NCBI GenBank assembly: GCA_964016885.1
Contig: OZ024747.1
Coordinates: 56,606,001-56,670,000 of the forward strand
DNA length: 64,000 nucleotides
Direction: 5' to 3'
Source of the DNA: Eledone cirrhosa
Taxonomy: Eukaryota
Position 1 is the stretch's first letter. The number at the start of each line of letters is the position of its first letter. The translations under genes were made by a program, and so were the position numbers. A model generated the notes under the pieces. The model was not told the origin of the DNA, searched no databases, and saw nothing but the letters and a program-made list of their open reading frames with translations. Shown one piece after another: positions 1 through 15,529 of the stretch.

Positions 1-171
1 GCTGTATCAGGCTTAGACTTTCCCTTGGACAATGTCTGTGGCATAGAGAGAGGAGACTGTTATGTATGGATGACTGCTGCTCTTCCACAAACAAACTAGC
101 TCGGACTTGTGCCTTGGAGGAGAACTTTCTTGGCCATGACCGAAGGGGTCTTTACCCATTACCCTATATAT

Positions 172-237
<66 letters not shown>

Positions 238-298
238 TTAATACATTAACAGAGAAAGCTTTCAGCAAAACTCTGACCAAACTCCATCTCACTCAACA

Positions 299-353
<55 letters not shown>

Positions 354-409
354 AAGCATATACTTATATATATATATATATATAAAGAGTGGTGATATAT
401 ATATATATA

Positions 410-670
410 TTTATAAGCTGAGAGAAAAACTGTGCATAAGAGGAATCATATATAGCATGCGAGAGAGAAAACTGATGTGGTATGGACATGTGATGCATAT
501 GGATGATGATTGTTGGATGAAGTGCCATGAAGGAGGCTGCAGTAGAAGAAAGCTAAGTAAGATCTGGACAGAAGTCATAAAAACAGACTTTAAAACACTG
601 AAAGAACAAAGTAGGGCAAAGGAAGCAAAGCTGGAAAAGGTTCACATAAGCCAGACCAGCAAATGAGATG
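410..670 (+). mobile_element. Decayed RTE LINE 3' fragment
   Basis: Translation MRERKLMWYGHVMHM...KIWTEVIKTD resembles the RTE C-terminus. Confidence 0.7.
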
Positions 671-689
671 AGATATAAAAGGATGTTGA

Positions 690-777
690 TACATACATAC
701 AATACATATACATACATATATACAATACATACATTTACATGTATATATATATATATATATATATGTAATATATGTAA

Positions 778-843
<66 letters not shown>

Positions 844-881
844 TTACATGTATTATATATATATATATGTATTATATGTAA

Positions 882-929
<48 letters not shown>

Positions 930-1078
930 CATATGTATATATATACAATACATACATATACATGCATATATACATATATATATATATGTAATATATGTAA
1001 TATATATTATATATATATATATATATAATACATACATATACATGCATATATATATATATATATATGTAATATATGTAA

Positions 1079-1158
<80 letters not shown>

Positions 1159-1230
1159 CATATATATATATACAATATATACATATACATGCATATATAC
1201 ATATATATATATGTAATATATGTAATATAT

Positions 1231-1278
<48 letters not shown>

Positions 1279-1305
1279 ATACATATATATATATATACAT
1301 AATAC

Positions 1306-1354
<49 letters not shown>

Positions 1355-1355
1355 T
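690..1355. repeat. (TA)n-based compound micro/minisatellite; representative of dozens of similar tracts (9360-10590, 18360-19000, 47440-48420, 62730-63050)
   Basis: Direct reading. Confidence 0.95.
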
Positions 1356-1727
1356 CACTGTATGGGTGTATATGTGTATGTCATTGTATGTGTGTGATCA
1401 TGTCACTGGTGTATTAGCTGCCTGCTGAGAATTTAAAGATTTTAATAGAACATCTAAAGATCAGTGAGTTTGTTAACAACCAAAGTAATTCTTTGATCTG
1501 ACTAATTATTTTTTCATTTATTTCTTCATTTAATTGTGTTTTTTTTTTCATATTTTTTTATTTGTGTATTTGTTTGTTATGCCTGAATTCTATTTCTGAT
1601 CAAGTGGCTTAGAATGTCTTCTGGTTCCTAATGTTAGCCATTGTGACACTAAGTAAGATATTATTGAGAAGACTTTCACTGGCAAATAATACTGGTACCA
1701 CCTCACAATTTTTACTATTATGATCAG

Positions 1728-2608
1728 CACCACCACCACCACCACCATCAACACCACCACCACTACCCTAACCCCACCACAACCACCACCATTGCTACCA
1801 CTACCACTACCACCTCCAACACAACCAAGACTGTCACCACAGCCGCCACAACCATCGACACCACCACCAACACCTCCACCACTACCCCCAACCCCACCAC
1901 AACCATGACCGTCACCACCACCACCACAACCATCAACACCACCACCACTACCCCAACCCCACCACAACCACCACCATTTCTGCCACTACCACCACCACAA
2001 CCACCACAACCATGGTTGTCACCACCACCACCACAACCATCAACACCACCACCAACACCTCCACCACTACCCCCAACCCCACCACAACCACCACCATTTC
2101 TGCCACTACCACCACCACAACCACCACAACCATCAACGCCACCACTACCACCACCACCACAACCACCACAACCATGACCATCACCACAGCTGCCTCAGCC
2201 ATCAGCACCACCACCACAACCACGACTGTCACCACAGCCCCCCATAAGCATCAACACCGCCACCACCACCGCCACCACAACCTCCAACCCGACCACAACC
2301 ACCACCATTGATGCCACTACCACTACCATTACCATCACTGTCACCGCAGCCGCCACAACCACCACCATTTCTGCCACTACCACTACCATCACCACAACCA
2401 TAACCTCCACCACAACCACCACTGCTTCCGTCACAACCATCAACACCACCATCAATAGCCCCCTTCGTCATCATTATAATTACTAAAACTACCACCACCA
2501 CCACCACCACCACCAATATCCCCCTCCACCATCATCATCATAATCACAACTACAAACTCCACCATCCTCACCACTACCACTACCACCACAACAACCACCA
2601 CCACCACC
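1728..2608. repeat. (CCA/ACA)n degenerate triplet repeat with higher-order units
   Basis: Recurrent ccaccactacccccaaccccaccacaacc. Confidence 0.9.
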
Positions 2609-2888
2609 AGTTGATAGAAAAATGAAAGAGCCAGCTTGTGAAATTAATGTGCAAGTGGCTGAGCATTCCATAGACATGTGTACCTTTAACTTAATTTTCA
2701 GGGAAACTATGCATGGCACAGTATTTAAATTACAGGTGCTACATGGCTGGTCATTTAATTACAGGTAAAGTTCATCTAATGGGATTCTATATTGTTACTA
2801 TCTACCTAAATTCACTCACAAAGATTGTGTCAATCTTGAATAAATAAGAAAATTATTGTAGTAGATTCTAACCAGTTCCTTATTACAA

Positions 2889-2926
2889 TCCTCTGATGAA
2901 GGGATTTTAGTCCCGAAATATAAGGG
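2889..2926 (+). ncRNA. Minimal type I hammerhead ribozyme motif
   Basis: UCCU-CUGAUGA-A-GGGA(uuuuag)UCCC-GAAA-UA-UA|AGGG; palindromic AUAU stem III; AATAAA follows. Confidence 0.65.
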
Positions 2927-3043
2927 CATGAAAATAAAATAACAAGTAACACACTAACATCTTTATTGCTTTCAATTTTTTCCAAAATCTACCATCTAAT
3001 TTGCATTGCCATAACCTTTGAATAACATACTACTTTATATATA

Positions 3044-3083
<40 letters not shown>

Positions 3084-3089
<6 letters not shown>

Positions 3090-3978
3090 AAACAGTAGAC
3101 AGCTTCTGCTACCTAGGTGACCGAATTAGCAACGGAGGTGGGTGCTCAGAAAGTACAATAACTAGGGTAAGAACGGGATGGAAGAAGTTTAGGGAACTAC
3201 TACCACTGCTAGCTGCAAAAGGCTTCTCCCTCAGAATGAAAGGCAGACTGTATGATGCGTGTATCCGAACAGCGATGTTGCATGGTAGTGAGACCTGGGC
3301 GCTGAAGGTGGAAGACTTACGTAGATTAGAGAGAAACGAAGCCTGCATGCTCCGATGGATGTGTAACAGTAATATACGTGAACGACAAAGCATAAATGAA
3401 TTGAGAGAGAGACTGAGCATAAGAGGAATCAAATGCTACGTGCAGGAGAGGCGGTTACGCTGGTATGGACATGTGATGCGTATGAAGGATGACAGCTGCA
3501 TAAAAAGGTGCAGAGCACTAGAAGTTGATGGAAACCGCGGAGTGGGGAGACCCAAGATGACTTGGGATGAGGTGATAAAAGCCGACCTTACCCAACTACA
3601 CCTCTCAAAGTCAATGACACACGACCGTGACTTCTGGCGTCACGCAGTAATACAGGGTACCCGACCTCCCATGGGTACATGCTGAAGCATATAAACAATA
3701 TGCCCCCCCCCCCCCCCCACCGCAAGGTGGTCGTGGAGGTGCCACGGCAAAAAAGCACCCAGCCCACACTGTAAAGTGGACGTGTAGGCGCCACGAAAAA
3801 GCACCCAGCACTCACTGTAAATGAGGTTGGTGTTAGGAAGGGCATCCAGCTGTAGAAATCAAGCCAGATCAGTTCCTGTATGAGCAAGGCATGGTCAGCC
3901 GACCAGACACTGCCCACAACAGGACAACCCGTCTAACCCATGCTAGCGTGGAAGAACGGACGTAAAACGGTGATGATG

Positions 3979-3980
<2 letters not shown>
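3084..3980 (+). mobile_element. 5'-truncated RTE LINE (second subfamily), open ORF C-terminus + 3' UTR + (GAT)n tail
   Basis: VETVDSFCYLG...RRLRWYGHVMRM...GRPKMTW; flanked by (TA)n on both sides. Confidence 0.92.
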
Positions 3981-4355
<375 letters not shown>

Positions 4356-4394
4356 TATAAGTATTAATAAAATAGATGTTCTTTTGATCAATTA

Positions 4395-4449
4395 CATTTT
4401 ATTATAAATATTTCGGATGTACAACTGTACGTCCTCATCAGACAAAATA
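4395..4449 (-). ncRNA. Minimal type I hammerhead ribozyme motif
   Basis: AUUUUGU-CUGAUGA-GGACGUAC(aguu)GUACAUCC-GAAA-UAUUUA-UA|AUAAAAU. Confidence 0.75.
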
Positions 4450-4609
4450 TAATGATACATGACATACCCTGAGATGTTAAATGGTTAAGATTTAATCAAG
4501 GTATAAATACTTATATTTTAATAACTCCAGAAAATTATTTTGCCGTTGAGTGCTTCCAATCTACTGTAAAACTCATTTTTTGACATAATCATTGAATATT
4601 GTTTAACAC

Positions 4610-4676
<67 letters not shown>

Positions 4677-4682
<6 letters not shown>

Positions 4683-7600
4683 CAACATCATCGTTATCAT
4701 TGTTTAACGTCCATCTTTCATGCTAGCATGTACCACTTGAAGCAAAATTGATCGGGTGACCATGTCTCGCTCGTATAGAACTGTTTCTGGCAGGTTTTCT
4801 ACGGCTGGATGCCCTTCCTAACGCTAACCACATTTACAGTGTGGAGTGGATTTTCTGTGGTACCAACATAACTTTATAGAGACAGGGTGGTGTGGGCAAA
4901 AGTGGGAAGATGGATGTGGGATGGGATGTATACTGGATTAAGAGGTGCCTACTGACTGAAGGTTTAAGTTTGTACATAAGAGAAGGCAGCTCTTCTGTAC
5001 TACTGCATAGCACCAAAGCTCTCGAACCAGTGACATTAAGCTACTTCTAAGGGGTAACAAGAAGAAAGATTTTGTGGGTAGTTTAAGTTAGATTTGACTG
5101 CCATTTCCAGTAGGTTGGCTGTGTGGTCAAGGGTGATAGTGAGAGGGCAGATGTTGAGTGTAGTCTCAAGCAGGCAGGATGTGGTTCATTATAGACCATC
5201 TTGTTGGTTTAATGAGGCTGTGAATTGGCAGTATCGGTAGAGGGTTGGACGCCATGCTTTCTAGCATAGTTACGTCCCTTTACGGTTTGAGTTCAAATCC
5301 CGCTGAGGTTAACTTTGCCTTTCATCCTTACGGGGTCGATAAAATAAAGTACCAGTAATGTACTGGGTAATTGCTGGCCTTGTGCCTAAAGTAGAAACAA
5401 TTATCTTAGAGAAGTGTAAGTGTGCAAAGTCAGTTTTTATCACCTTGTCCCAGGTTTTTCTGGATCTACTTTCTCCATAGCTTCCATCAATTTTAATCAC
5501 CCTACACTTTTTTATACAGCTGTTGTCCTTCATACGCATTACATGACCATACCAACGTAATATCTCCTCAAGTAAATTGTGTCTGATCCCTCTTATTTCT
5601 AATTCCTCACTTAGTTCATTTATGTTTTGCCATTCGTGTATATTACTATTACACATCCATCAGAGCATGCATGCTTTGTTCCTTTCCAATCTGCGATGAT
5701 CCTCTGCACAGAATGCCCAGGTCTCACTGCCATGCAACATTGTTGTTCGCATACAAGCATCATACAATCTGCCTTCCATTTTTAGAGAGAAACCTTTTGT
5801 GGCCAACACCGGTATTAACTCTCTGAACTATTTCCATCCTGTCCTAACTCTGGTTACTGTACTTTCAGAACACCCTCCCCCACTGCTGATTTTGTCAACC
5901 TGATAATGGAAAGTGTCTACTATTTCTATAGAACCATCTGGGCAGTTGAAGGAGCTAGTATCCACTTGCTAATTACTGCACCTGAGCATCAGCCTCATAT
6001 AAAATCTTCATTCTTAGATCATTTGCCTATGATCCCATTACATTTTTTAGGTACCCATAGTTTGCATTTGAGGGCATAGAATGGAATTTCTACCTACTCG
6101 TTTCCTACACACTGAACATGGTCATTTTTCAGAGAGCACCTCTGCCCTATTTCCCTTTCTACATACTAGAACTTTAGTCTTAGACAAGTTAACTTTAAAA
6201 CCTTTTGGTTCTAGGCCATGCTTCCATGTTTGGAATTTCTTCTCTAGTTCAACCATAGATTCAGCTATGAGAGTTAGTTCATCTACATATAGAAGTTCCC
6301 ATGGGCAGCAAGTCTTAAACTTGTCTGTTATAGCCTGTAGGGTAATAATAAAGAGGAGCGGGGATAAGGATGGAGCCTTGGTGAACACCTACTTTTAAGC
6401 TACATTCTTCACTATATTCATTGTTAATTCTAACCTTGCTGACTGCTCTATACATGGCTTGTATAGCACTCACAAGCCACTCATCTACTCCTGGTTTTTC
6501 AAGAGCCCACCAGATAATGGAGCAGGGGACTCTGTCAAGGGCTTTCTCCAAGTCAACAAAAGCTAAGTAGAAGAGTTTACTTTTAGCTAGGTACTTCTCC
6601 TGTAGTTGTCGTACAAGGAAGAGAGCATCCATGGTACTTTTACCTGACAAACTTAAACTGCATTTCATCTAGATCAATTTGGTCTCTTATCAGTTGTGCA
6701 ATAACTCTTTCTTTGACCTTCATAACCTCTATAGTTTTCTCTATCTTGAGCATCTGGTTTGCCCTTGTAGCAGTTAATGTAGCTGCTGCTATGGCAGTCA
6801 TTTGGTATGACCCAATTCTGTATTACTTGATTTACTATCCGAGTGACCATAGTATATCCCACCTTTCCAGATGCTTTCAACATTTCAGCAACTATCTCAG
6901 AAGGCCCAGCTGCCTTGCCTGTCTTCATATCTTTGATTGCCTTACTTCCTATACTACCATTAACTTGCACCACTGGTCCCTCTGTTGGATCAATTTGAGG
7001 CAGACTATCTTTATCCAATTCATTCTCCTCATTTAGTAGTCTCTCATAGTGGCACTTCCAAGCTTCCTTCTTATCAGTATCAATGAGGGCAAGTACACCA
7101 TCATCATTACAGAGACACTTCTCCCCGACAATATCATAATTTTCCTTGACACATTGTCTCGCAATCCTGAACAACTCATGTTTTTGGTCCTCACCTCGTA
7201 GAATATGTTTGATCTTACTATCCTCTGCTTCCCTCCTTGCAAAGTTCACTTGTCACCTAGCTTCTCTCCTAGCCACCTGATAGTGTTCTCTAATTCCCTC
7301 ATCCTGCCATTCTTTCCAAGCCTGCTTTTTGGCCTTGCTTGTCTCCTCCACCTTAGTGTTTCACCACCAAATTACTCTCCCCCTGCCTAACGGTCTGCTC
7401 CAGCCACAGATTTCATCTGTTGCCTTCAGCAGGTTAACTTTCAGGAATTCCCACTGTTTCTCCATAGTGTACGTCTCTAATTGCTCTTCCTTACTGTCAA
7501 AAGCAACAAGTAATATGCTTTTAAATTTGTTACTGGTTGTGGGGCCCTTCAACTTCCATATCTTTTCCTCAAGGTAGTCCTCTGTCATCGAGTATATCTA

Positions 7601-8095
7601 GTCCTGACTATGAGGTTACTAGCTATTAAGCTATGCTGGGAGGTGCATTCTTCACGAGGTAGGGACTTAATGTTTACAACAGACACTGTCTCATCTTCTA
7701 GTAAGGATAAAATCTATCTGGCTGGCGTGTTCCCCTGATCTATAGGTGATCAAGTGATTGACTCGTTTTTTGAAGTTTGTGTTATAGATATATAGATATA
7801 TTTATAGTTAGGTTATTAACATCACAGAATTCCAGGATCCTGAAGCCTTTCTCATTTCTACTTCCAAACCCATAACCTCCATGGATTCCATCATAGCCAT
7901 CACAATGTTGTCCATCATGATCATTAAGGTTGCCAGCAACAATTATGTAGTCAAAGTCGGTTGTTTAGGAGGTAGTGAGCATTACCAACTTATAGAACCT
8001 GTCTTTTATTATGTCTGGTAAATCAGATTGGGGTGCATTAGTGGATATTATTGACACAGTCATTCTATTTAGAACTAGTCTTATCTTAATTATTC
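4677..8095 (-). mobile_element. Decayed, 5'-truncated RTE LINE of the 34574 family, interrupted by a SINE
   Basis: Frameshifted ORF pieces (7588-7361, 7249-6674, 6668-6315, 6388-6122, 5656-5309) align with the 1078-aa ORF; (GAT)n-like tail at about 4677-4700. Confidence 0.9.
5216..5404 (+). mobile_element. SINE family A (tRNA-like head, ~190 bp, (ATT)n tail)
   Basis: A-box-like tggcagtatcgg, B-box gagttcaaatcc, core gccgaggttaactttgcctttcatcc..gtcgataaaa; at least 8 copies in the window. Confidence 0.85.
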
Positions 8096-8105
8096 ATACA
8101 TATAC

Positions 8106-8165
<60 letters not shown>

Positions 8166-8199
8166 GTAAAATGATGATGATGATGATGATATATATATC

Positions 8200-9340
8200 T
8201 CATCATTATCATAGTTTTTATGTCCCCTTGTGTACGCTTGCATCGATTGGACAGAACCCACTCAGCACAGCATCTCTCCTCTCTCCGCGTTCCTTCATCA
8301 TCTCTTCTGTGAGTCTCAATGATTTCAGGTTAGCTCTCACCATCTCTCTCCAGGTCCTTCTAGGGTCTACCTCTAATGCAGCTTCCTTCCACTGGCATTT
8401 CATGGCACTTTTTCTGCCATCAATCACATTTCATGAACATCACATGTCCAAACTAATGGAGGCATGTGGCCTAATGGTAAGGGTGTTGGACTTACGATCA
8501 TAATGTTGTGGGCTCGATTCCTGGGTTGCGTGTTGTGTTCTTGAGCAAAACACTTCATTTCACGTTGCTCCAGTATACTCAGCTGAAAATGAGTATCAAC
8601 AATAGCTGGAGGTTTAACCCTGTGCTGTCCAAGAGGGGAGTCTTGTACTCTCAGTCACTTCACGCCATGAAACCGGGATAAGCACCGGCCAAATGAGCCT
8701 TCTGGCTTAAGACAGAGGAGTCTCAATGATTTCAGGTCAGTTCTCACCACCTCTCTCCAGGTCTTTCTAGGGTCTACCTCTAATGCAGCTTCCTACACTG
8801 GCATTACCTGACACTTTTTCTTCCATCAATCACCATTCATGAACATCACATTTCCAAACTAATGTACTCTTCTTTCCTGCTCAGATTCCTCTTAAACCCA
8901 GCTTCTCTCTCAGCTCATCCAAGCTTTGCCTTCCTCTCAGTCTTACATTGCACATCCAACAAAGCATGGTTACTTCATTTCTCTCCAGTCTACACATGTC
9001 CTCTGCAGTCACTGTCTATGTTTCGCTACCATGAAGCATTGCACTTCGCATGCAAGCATCATGAAGACATCCTTTTGTATGTAGGAAGAAACCTATTGTT
9101 TTCAACATCCTATACTTATTTTAGCTATTATGCTCTCAGAGCATCTCTCCCTAATGCTAATTAAGTCATCTAGATAACAGAAGCTATCAACTACTTCTAT
9201 AGACACTTCCTGGGACTTGAAAACATTTATATCACTGATGTTCTTCCCCTCCATTACTCTTATGTATCTTCTACAGACAATGTCTTCATTTCCCCTTAAT
9301 CTACACTTTATATCTCCTTACATATCTTGTGTACTCAAGA
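8200..9340 (-). mobile_element. Decayed RTE LINE 3' part (third subfamily) with a SINE inserted at 8459-8716
   Basis: PRRTWREMVRANL and a remnant of [10 protein letters not shown] on the minus strand. Confidence 0.8.
8459..8716 (+). mobile_element. SINE family B variant
   Basis: ggaggcatgtggcctaatgg...ctcgattcc...ttgagcaaaacacttcatttcacgttgctccag. Confidence 0.8.
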
Positions 9341-9368
9341 TTTACACATACACACACACACACACACA

Positions 9369-9399
<31 letters not shown>

Positions 9400-9477
9400 G
9401 TGTACATATATATCTATATATATATATATGCATATATATATATATATATAAGTTATTCCGGGTTGAATTGGAGGTAA

Positions 9478-9533
<56 letters not shown>

Positions 9534-9534
9534 G

Positions 9535-9662
<128 letters not shown>

Positions 9663-10052
9663 CATATAGTAATTATATGAATAAATATACTGCAGTTATA
9701 TTATTTTCATATATATATATATAAATATATGTATGGGTATGTGTCTGTGTGAGTGTGTGGGAATGTGTGTGTGTGTGTGTGTGTGTATGTGTGTGTCTGT
9801 GCGTGGAAAGAAACTGCAAGCATGAAATCTATGTAATAAATGTATCCAGTGCATTTGGACATTGCTATATAGAATATTAACATTTCAACTATATCAATGA
9901 TATACAACATACTGCTTATGTTATGCATACAGACCACAAAAATACTTCTGCGTGCTTCTCTCACTATGATTACAGCAAATCGGTATTGGTATACATGAGC
10001 ATGCATGTGTTTATAAATATGTATATATATATGTATATGTGTGTGTGGTGTG

Positions 10053-10132
<80 letters not shown>

Positions 10133-10147
10133 AGTGTGTGGTGTGTG

Positions 10148-10187
<40 letters not shown>

Positions 10188-10251
10188 GTATATATATGTA
10201 TATATATGTATATATATATGTATATATATATATATATGTGTGTGTGGTGTG

Positions 10252-10304
<53 letters not shown>

Positions 10305-10309
10305 GTATA

Positions 10310-10347
<38 letters not shown>

Positions 10348-10357
10348 TGTGTATATA

Positions 10358-10389
<32 letters not shown>

Positions 10390-10409
10390 CACACCACACA
10401 GAGCACCAA

Positions 10410-10510
<101 letters not shown>

Positions 10511-10704
10511 GCTTATATATATATAATGTATATATAATGTATATATAATGTATATATAATGTATATATAATGTATATATAATGTATATATTTTTCCATAT
10601 CATTTTTTCCTTCTGTATATTGTGATGTGATTACATGCAATGTGTTGTCAACTCTAAATACTTGCACGTAACATAATATACAGTAATGCATATAAACATA
10701 TATA

Positions 10705-11040
10705 TTGTTGCTGATGTTGTTGTTGTTGGTGGTGGTGGTGGTGGAGGAGGGATGGGGGGGGGTAGTGTTGTTGCTGTTGTAGTTGTTGCTGGTGGTGGTG
10801 GTGATGGTGTTGGTGTTGTTGGTGGAGGTGGTGGTGGTGTTGTAGTTGTTGGTGGTGGTGGTGGTGGTGGTTGTGGTGGTAGTGGTGTAGTTGTTGTTGG
10901 TGGTGGTGGTGGGGTAGTTGTTGTTGTTGTTGTTGGTGTTGGTGGTGGTGGTGATGGTGTTGGTGTTGTTGGTGGAGGTGGTGGTGGTGGTTGTGGTGGT
11001 GGTGGTGTAGTTGTTGTTGTTGGTGGTGGTGGTGGGGTAG

Positions 11041-11072
<32 letters not shown>

Positions 11073-12593
11073 GATGGTGTTGGTGTTGTTGGTGGAGGTG
11101 GTGGTGGTGTTGTAGTTGTTTCTGGTGGTAGTGGTGGTGGTGATGGTGTTGGTGTTGTTGGTGGAGGTGGTGGTGGTGGTGGAGGTGGTGGTGGTGGTGG
11201 TGGTGGTGGTGGTGGTGGTGGTGGTGGTGGTAGTGTTGGTAGTGGTGGTGGTTGGGGGGGGGGGTAGTTGTTGTTGTTGTTGTTGTTGTTGTTGGTGGTG
11301 GTTGTGGTGTAGTTGTTGGTGGTGGTGATGATGGTGTTGGTGTTGTTGGTGGAGGTGGTGGTGGTGGTGTAGTTGTTGTTGGTAGTGATGGTGTTGGTAT
11401 TGTTGGTGGTGGTGGTGCAGGTGGTGGTGGTGGTGGTGGTGGTGTTGGTGTTGTTGTTGGTGGTGGTGGTGTTGTAGTTGTTGTTGTTGTTGGTGGTGAT
11501 GGTTATGGTGGTGGTGTTGTAGTTGTTGTTGTTGGTGGTGGTGGTGGTAGTGGTGTTGTTATTGTTGTTATTACTGTTGTTGTTGTTACTTTTGTTGCCT
11601 GTATTGTTGTTGTTATTGTTATTACTGTTGTTGTTGTTGTTGTTACTCTTGGTGTTGATATTGTTGTTGTTGTTTTTATTCTTGTTACTGTTATTGTTGA
11701 TTTTGATGGTGTTATTGCTGTTGCTGTTACTCTTAATGTTGTTATTGTTGTTGTTGTTGTTACTATTGCTGCTGCTTTTGTTGTTGTTGTTGTTGTTGTT
11801 GCTGTTGTTGTTACTATTGCTGCTGTTTTTGTCGTTGTTGTTGTTGTTATTGTTGTTGTTGTTATTGCTGTTGTTGTTGCTATTGCTGCTGTTTTTGTTG
11901 TTATTGTTGTTGTTGTTATTGCTGGTGTTGTTGCTATTGTTGTTTATGTTATTGTTGTTGATCGTTCTGTAGTTGATTTCATTCCTGTTCTCACTGTTGT
12001 TGTTATTGTTATTGCTGTTGTTGTTGTTGCTGTTGTTGTTGTTGCTGTTGTTGTTGTTGCTGTTGTTGTTGTTGTTGTTGTCGTGGTTTCTAGAATCATG
12101 CTTTCTGGTGTCGCTGATGAATAAAACACCCCCACCCACACCCAATGATGATAAAGTTGTTGTTGTTGCTGCTGCTGATGATGATGATGATGACTATAAT
12201 AACTGTTTCTACTTTTGGCACAAGGCCAGCAATTATCCAGTGCATTACTGGTACTTTATGTTATCGACCCCATAAAGATGACTATAATAATGATGACAAT
12301 GATAATAATGCTGATGATGACAATGATGATAATGAGGTTAATGATGATGATGGTGATAATGATGATAATGATGATGATGATGATGATGATGACGACGATA
12401 ATGATGATAATGATGACGATGATGATGATAATGATGACGATGATGATGATGATAATGATAATGGGGTGGTACAGGACAATGACGTCTTTTGTGGCAGTGG
12501 TGATGGTGGTTGTCATGAAGTTGATAATGATGATGATCATCATCATCATGGTGCAGGTGGTGGTGGGGGTGGTGGTAGTGGTGGTGATTGTGT

Positions 12594-12624
<31 letters not shown>

Positions 12625-12630
12625 AATGCT
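10705..12630. repeat. Compound (GGT)n/(GTT)n/(GAT)n triplet tract
   Basis: Direct reading. Confidence 0.95.
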
Positions 12631-12831
12631 GAGATGGAAGTTGTGGAGAAGGATGAGAAGGAGGAAGAAAATTAGGTGCTGTTTTTTTTTGTTTTGTTTT
12701 AGTTTTGTTGTTTTCTGTGTATTTAGATTAAATGTTTTTGTTGATAATGTTTTAACAAAAATGTTATTGCTGTTATTGTTAGAGTTCATTTGATGTTGTC
12801 TACTGTATTTCTGGTTTTTGTTAGTGTTTTT

Positions 12832-13237
12832 TGGATTGGCAGTATCGGTAAAGGGTCAGACGCCATGCTTTGCTGCAAAGAGTTACGGCCCTTTATGGCC
12901 TGAGTTCAAATCCCGCCGAGGTTAACTTTGCCTTTCATCCTTACAGAGGTCGATAAAATAAAGTACCAGTAATACACTGGGATAATTGCTGGCCTTGTGC
13001 CAAAGGTAGAAACAATTATTATTATTATCCACAATATAATGGGCGGTGGATTGGCAGTATCGGTAGAGGGTCAGACGCCATGCTTTGACGCATAGAGTTA
13101 CGGCCCTTTCCATTCTGAGTTCAAATCCCGCCGAGGTTAACTTTGCCTTTCATCCTTACAGGGGTCGATAAAATAAAGTACCAGTAATACGCTGGGATAA
13201 TTGCTGGACTTGTGCCAAAAGTAGAAACAATTATTAT
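12832..13237 (+). mobile_element. Two tandem SINE family A copies (12832-13028, 13041-13237)
   Basis: Same sequence as the other copies. The second copy is flanked by TSD attattatccacaatata (13021-13038, 13230-13247). A partial minus-strand copy lies at 12196-12278. Confidence 0.9.
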
Positions 13238-14367
13238 CCACAATATACTATGTTATATTCCTGCTAAACTTTGTGTTGTTGCTGTTACTGTTGATGTTGT
13301 GTTTATAGGTAAAGTTTGTGACTGTCTGGAAATTTCATTGTAACTTCTGCTGTTACTAATGGTGTTTATTCTATTCGTATCATTATTGCCATCATCATTT
13401 TCATCATCATTTAGCATCCATTTTCTCTGTTAGCAATGGTTGGATGTATCACCACAGACCAGTCTGTACTGAAGCAGAGCCTTTGATCTGCAGGTGGGCT
13501 TGGGACCCCTGTATATCAAGTGCTTTTTATCATAGCACAACACTAACTGTCATGTCTTTGACAAGGCTGAAGAGTCTTCTCCACTATTTGCTTGGCAGGT
13601 TTTCTATATCTGGATGCCCTTCATGATACTAACCACTTTACAGTAAGTACTGGGTGAGTACACCAACACTAGAGAGATTGTCATATACTTAACATAAATA
13701 AAGGGTCCTATCAACCCATTTAGAATGTTTCCTCCAGTGGGCTTCCCTTCCTATCACCAATCACCTAACAGTTTGTTCTAGGTATATTTATCATGACACT
13801 GGCACTTTTGACTGTTCACCATTGACCAATCTGAAGAGCCCTCTCTACCCCATGGACAGGTTTAGGGTGTATGTCATGGGCAGGTGCCAAGAGTGGAGGA
13901 ATTTTACAAAGCAAAAGGTGATGAATAGGGAAAGGAAGGGTTATATCCAGCAGTGTTGAAGGTACTGTAGTGTTAGCAGCTACTAAAGTTCCCTGACTGG
14001 TCTGCCGGCCGGGGGGGGGGGGGGGTAAATAGGGGTGGTGATCTAAACATCAGATGTGAGGATGGTTTGTAACCCTAGATAGAGGATGGGTTAAAGAATT
14101 TAGAAGTGCTGAAAGTAATGCTGGAATGAGTAAGGGCAGAGTATAGATTGATGTTGACAATAGCTACTATGAGGGTGAATGTGATGGTTTGTGATAGGAT
14201 GGTAGAAAGCAGTGGAGATTGTAGTGATACTGAGGATAGTGGAGGCTGGATATGTAGCTGGGTCAGTTCAGGTCAAGCAATAGGGTAGTATATATACCAA
14301 GAATACACCTGTCATTATAACGACCCATCTTAATTTCCATGATATATACACACTCACACACACACAT

Positions 14368-14434
<67 letters not shown>

Positions 14435-14575
14435 CTGAATTCCATGTATCATAAATAATAGCCAGGACAAATATATAGAAACAAATCAATAATAAAAAGA
14501 TACAAACTATTCTCATTTATTGTTTTATAGTTTTTTCTTCTTCTTCTTCTTCTTCTTCTTCTTCTTCTTCTTCTT

Positions 14576-14606
<31 letters not shown>

Positions 14607-14801
14607 GTTCAGCTTATATTTATTATTATAACTGTTGTTGGTGTTGTTATTATTACCATGTGACAACTATTTCCACTTAGGTGTTGGTAGTCGATTATAT
14701 TTTTCCATGCCATGCCATCTGGTTTTCTTAACACTTTTTCACACATTTATCAATCCACCCTGGTAAAACTTTCATCTGGACAAACATGGAAGCAGGTTTA
14801 T

Positions 14802-14873
<72 letters not shown>

Positions 14874-14875
14874 TC

Positions 14876-14906
<31 letters not shown>

Positions 14907-14933
14907 ATATATATACACATATATATATATAAA

Positions 14934-14984
<51 letters not shown>

Positions 14985-15529
14985 TATTATTATTATTATA
15001 TATATATATATTTATTTATATTTTTATATATATATATATTCATATATATATATATACACATATATATATGTATATATATATATACACATATATATTTATA
15101 TATATTTATTATTTATTTACACACACACATATATATATATACATGTATATATATGTATATATATGTATATATATGTATATATATATATGTGTGTGTGTAT
15201 TTGTGAGACTGTGTGTGAAAATGTATGTGAGAGATTGTCTTTGTTTTTCTTTATTCTCTCTAAGCAATCTTTTATCAAATATTTTACTTCAATGAAAGCC
15301 ATCACAGAATACCATTATAGTTCCATTCCTTCCTGTGTTTATCCTCCTTAATTCGTTTGTATATTTTGATATATTTGTTTCACTCTTCCTCCCCCTCTTT
15401 ATATATACAGCACTGAAAAGATTGTGGTACCCCCAATATATAGTCTGCAAACAAAGTTTTGTTGAATTACAAATACATTTTATTTGAATAAAAGATTTTT
15501 ATGTGTAAAGTGAAAAAATATGTAATCAA

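Noticed and set aside
15410-15470. ctgaaaa-gattgtg...tatagtc-tgcaaac
   Set aside because: A hairpin is present but both core segments are non-canonical.
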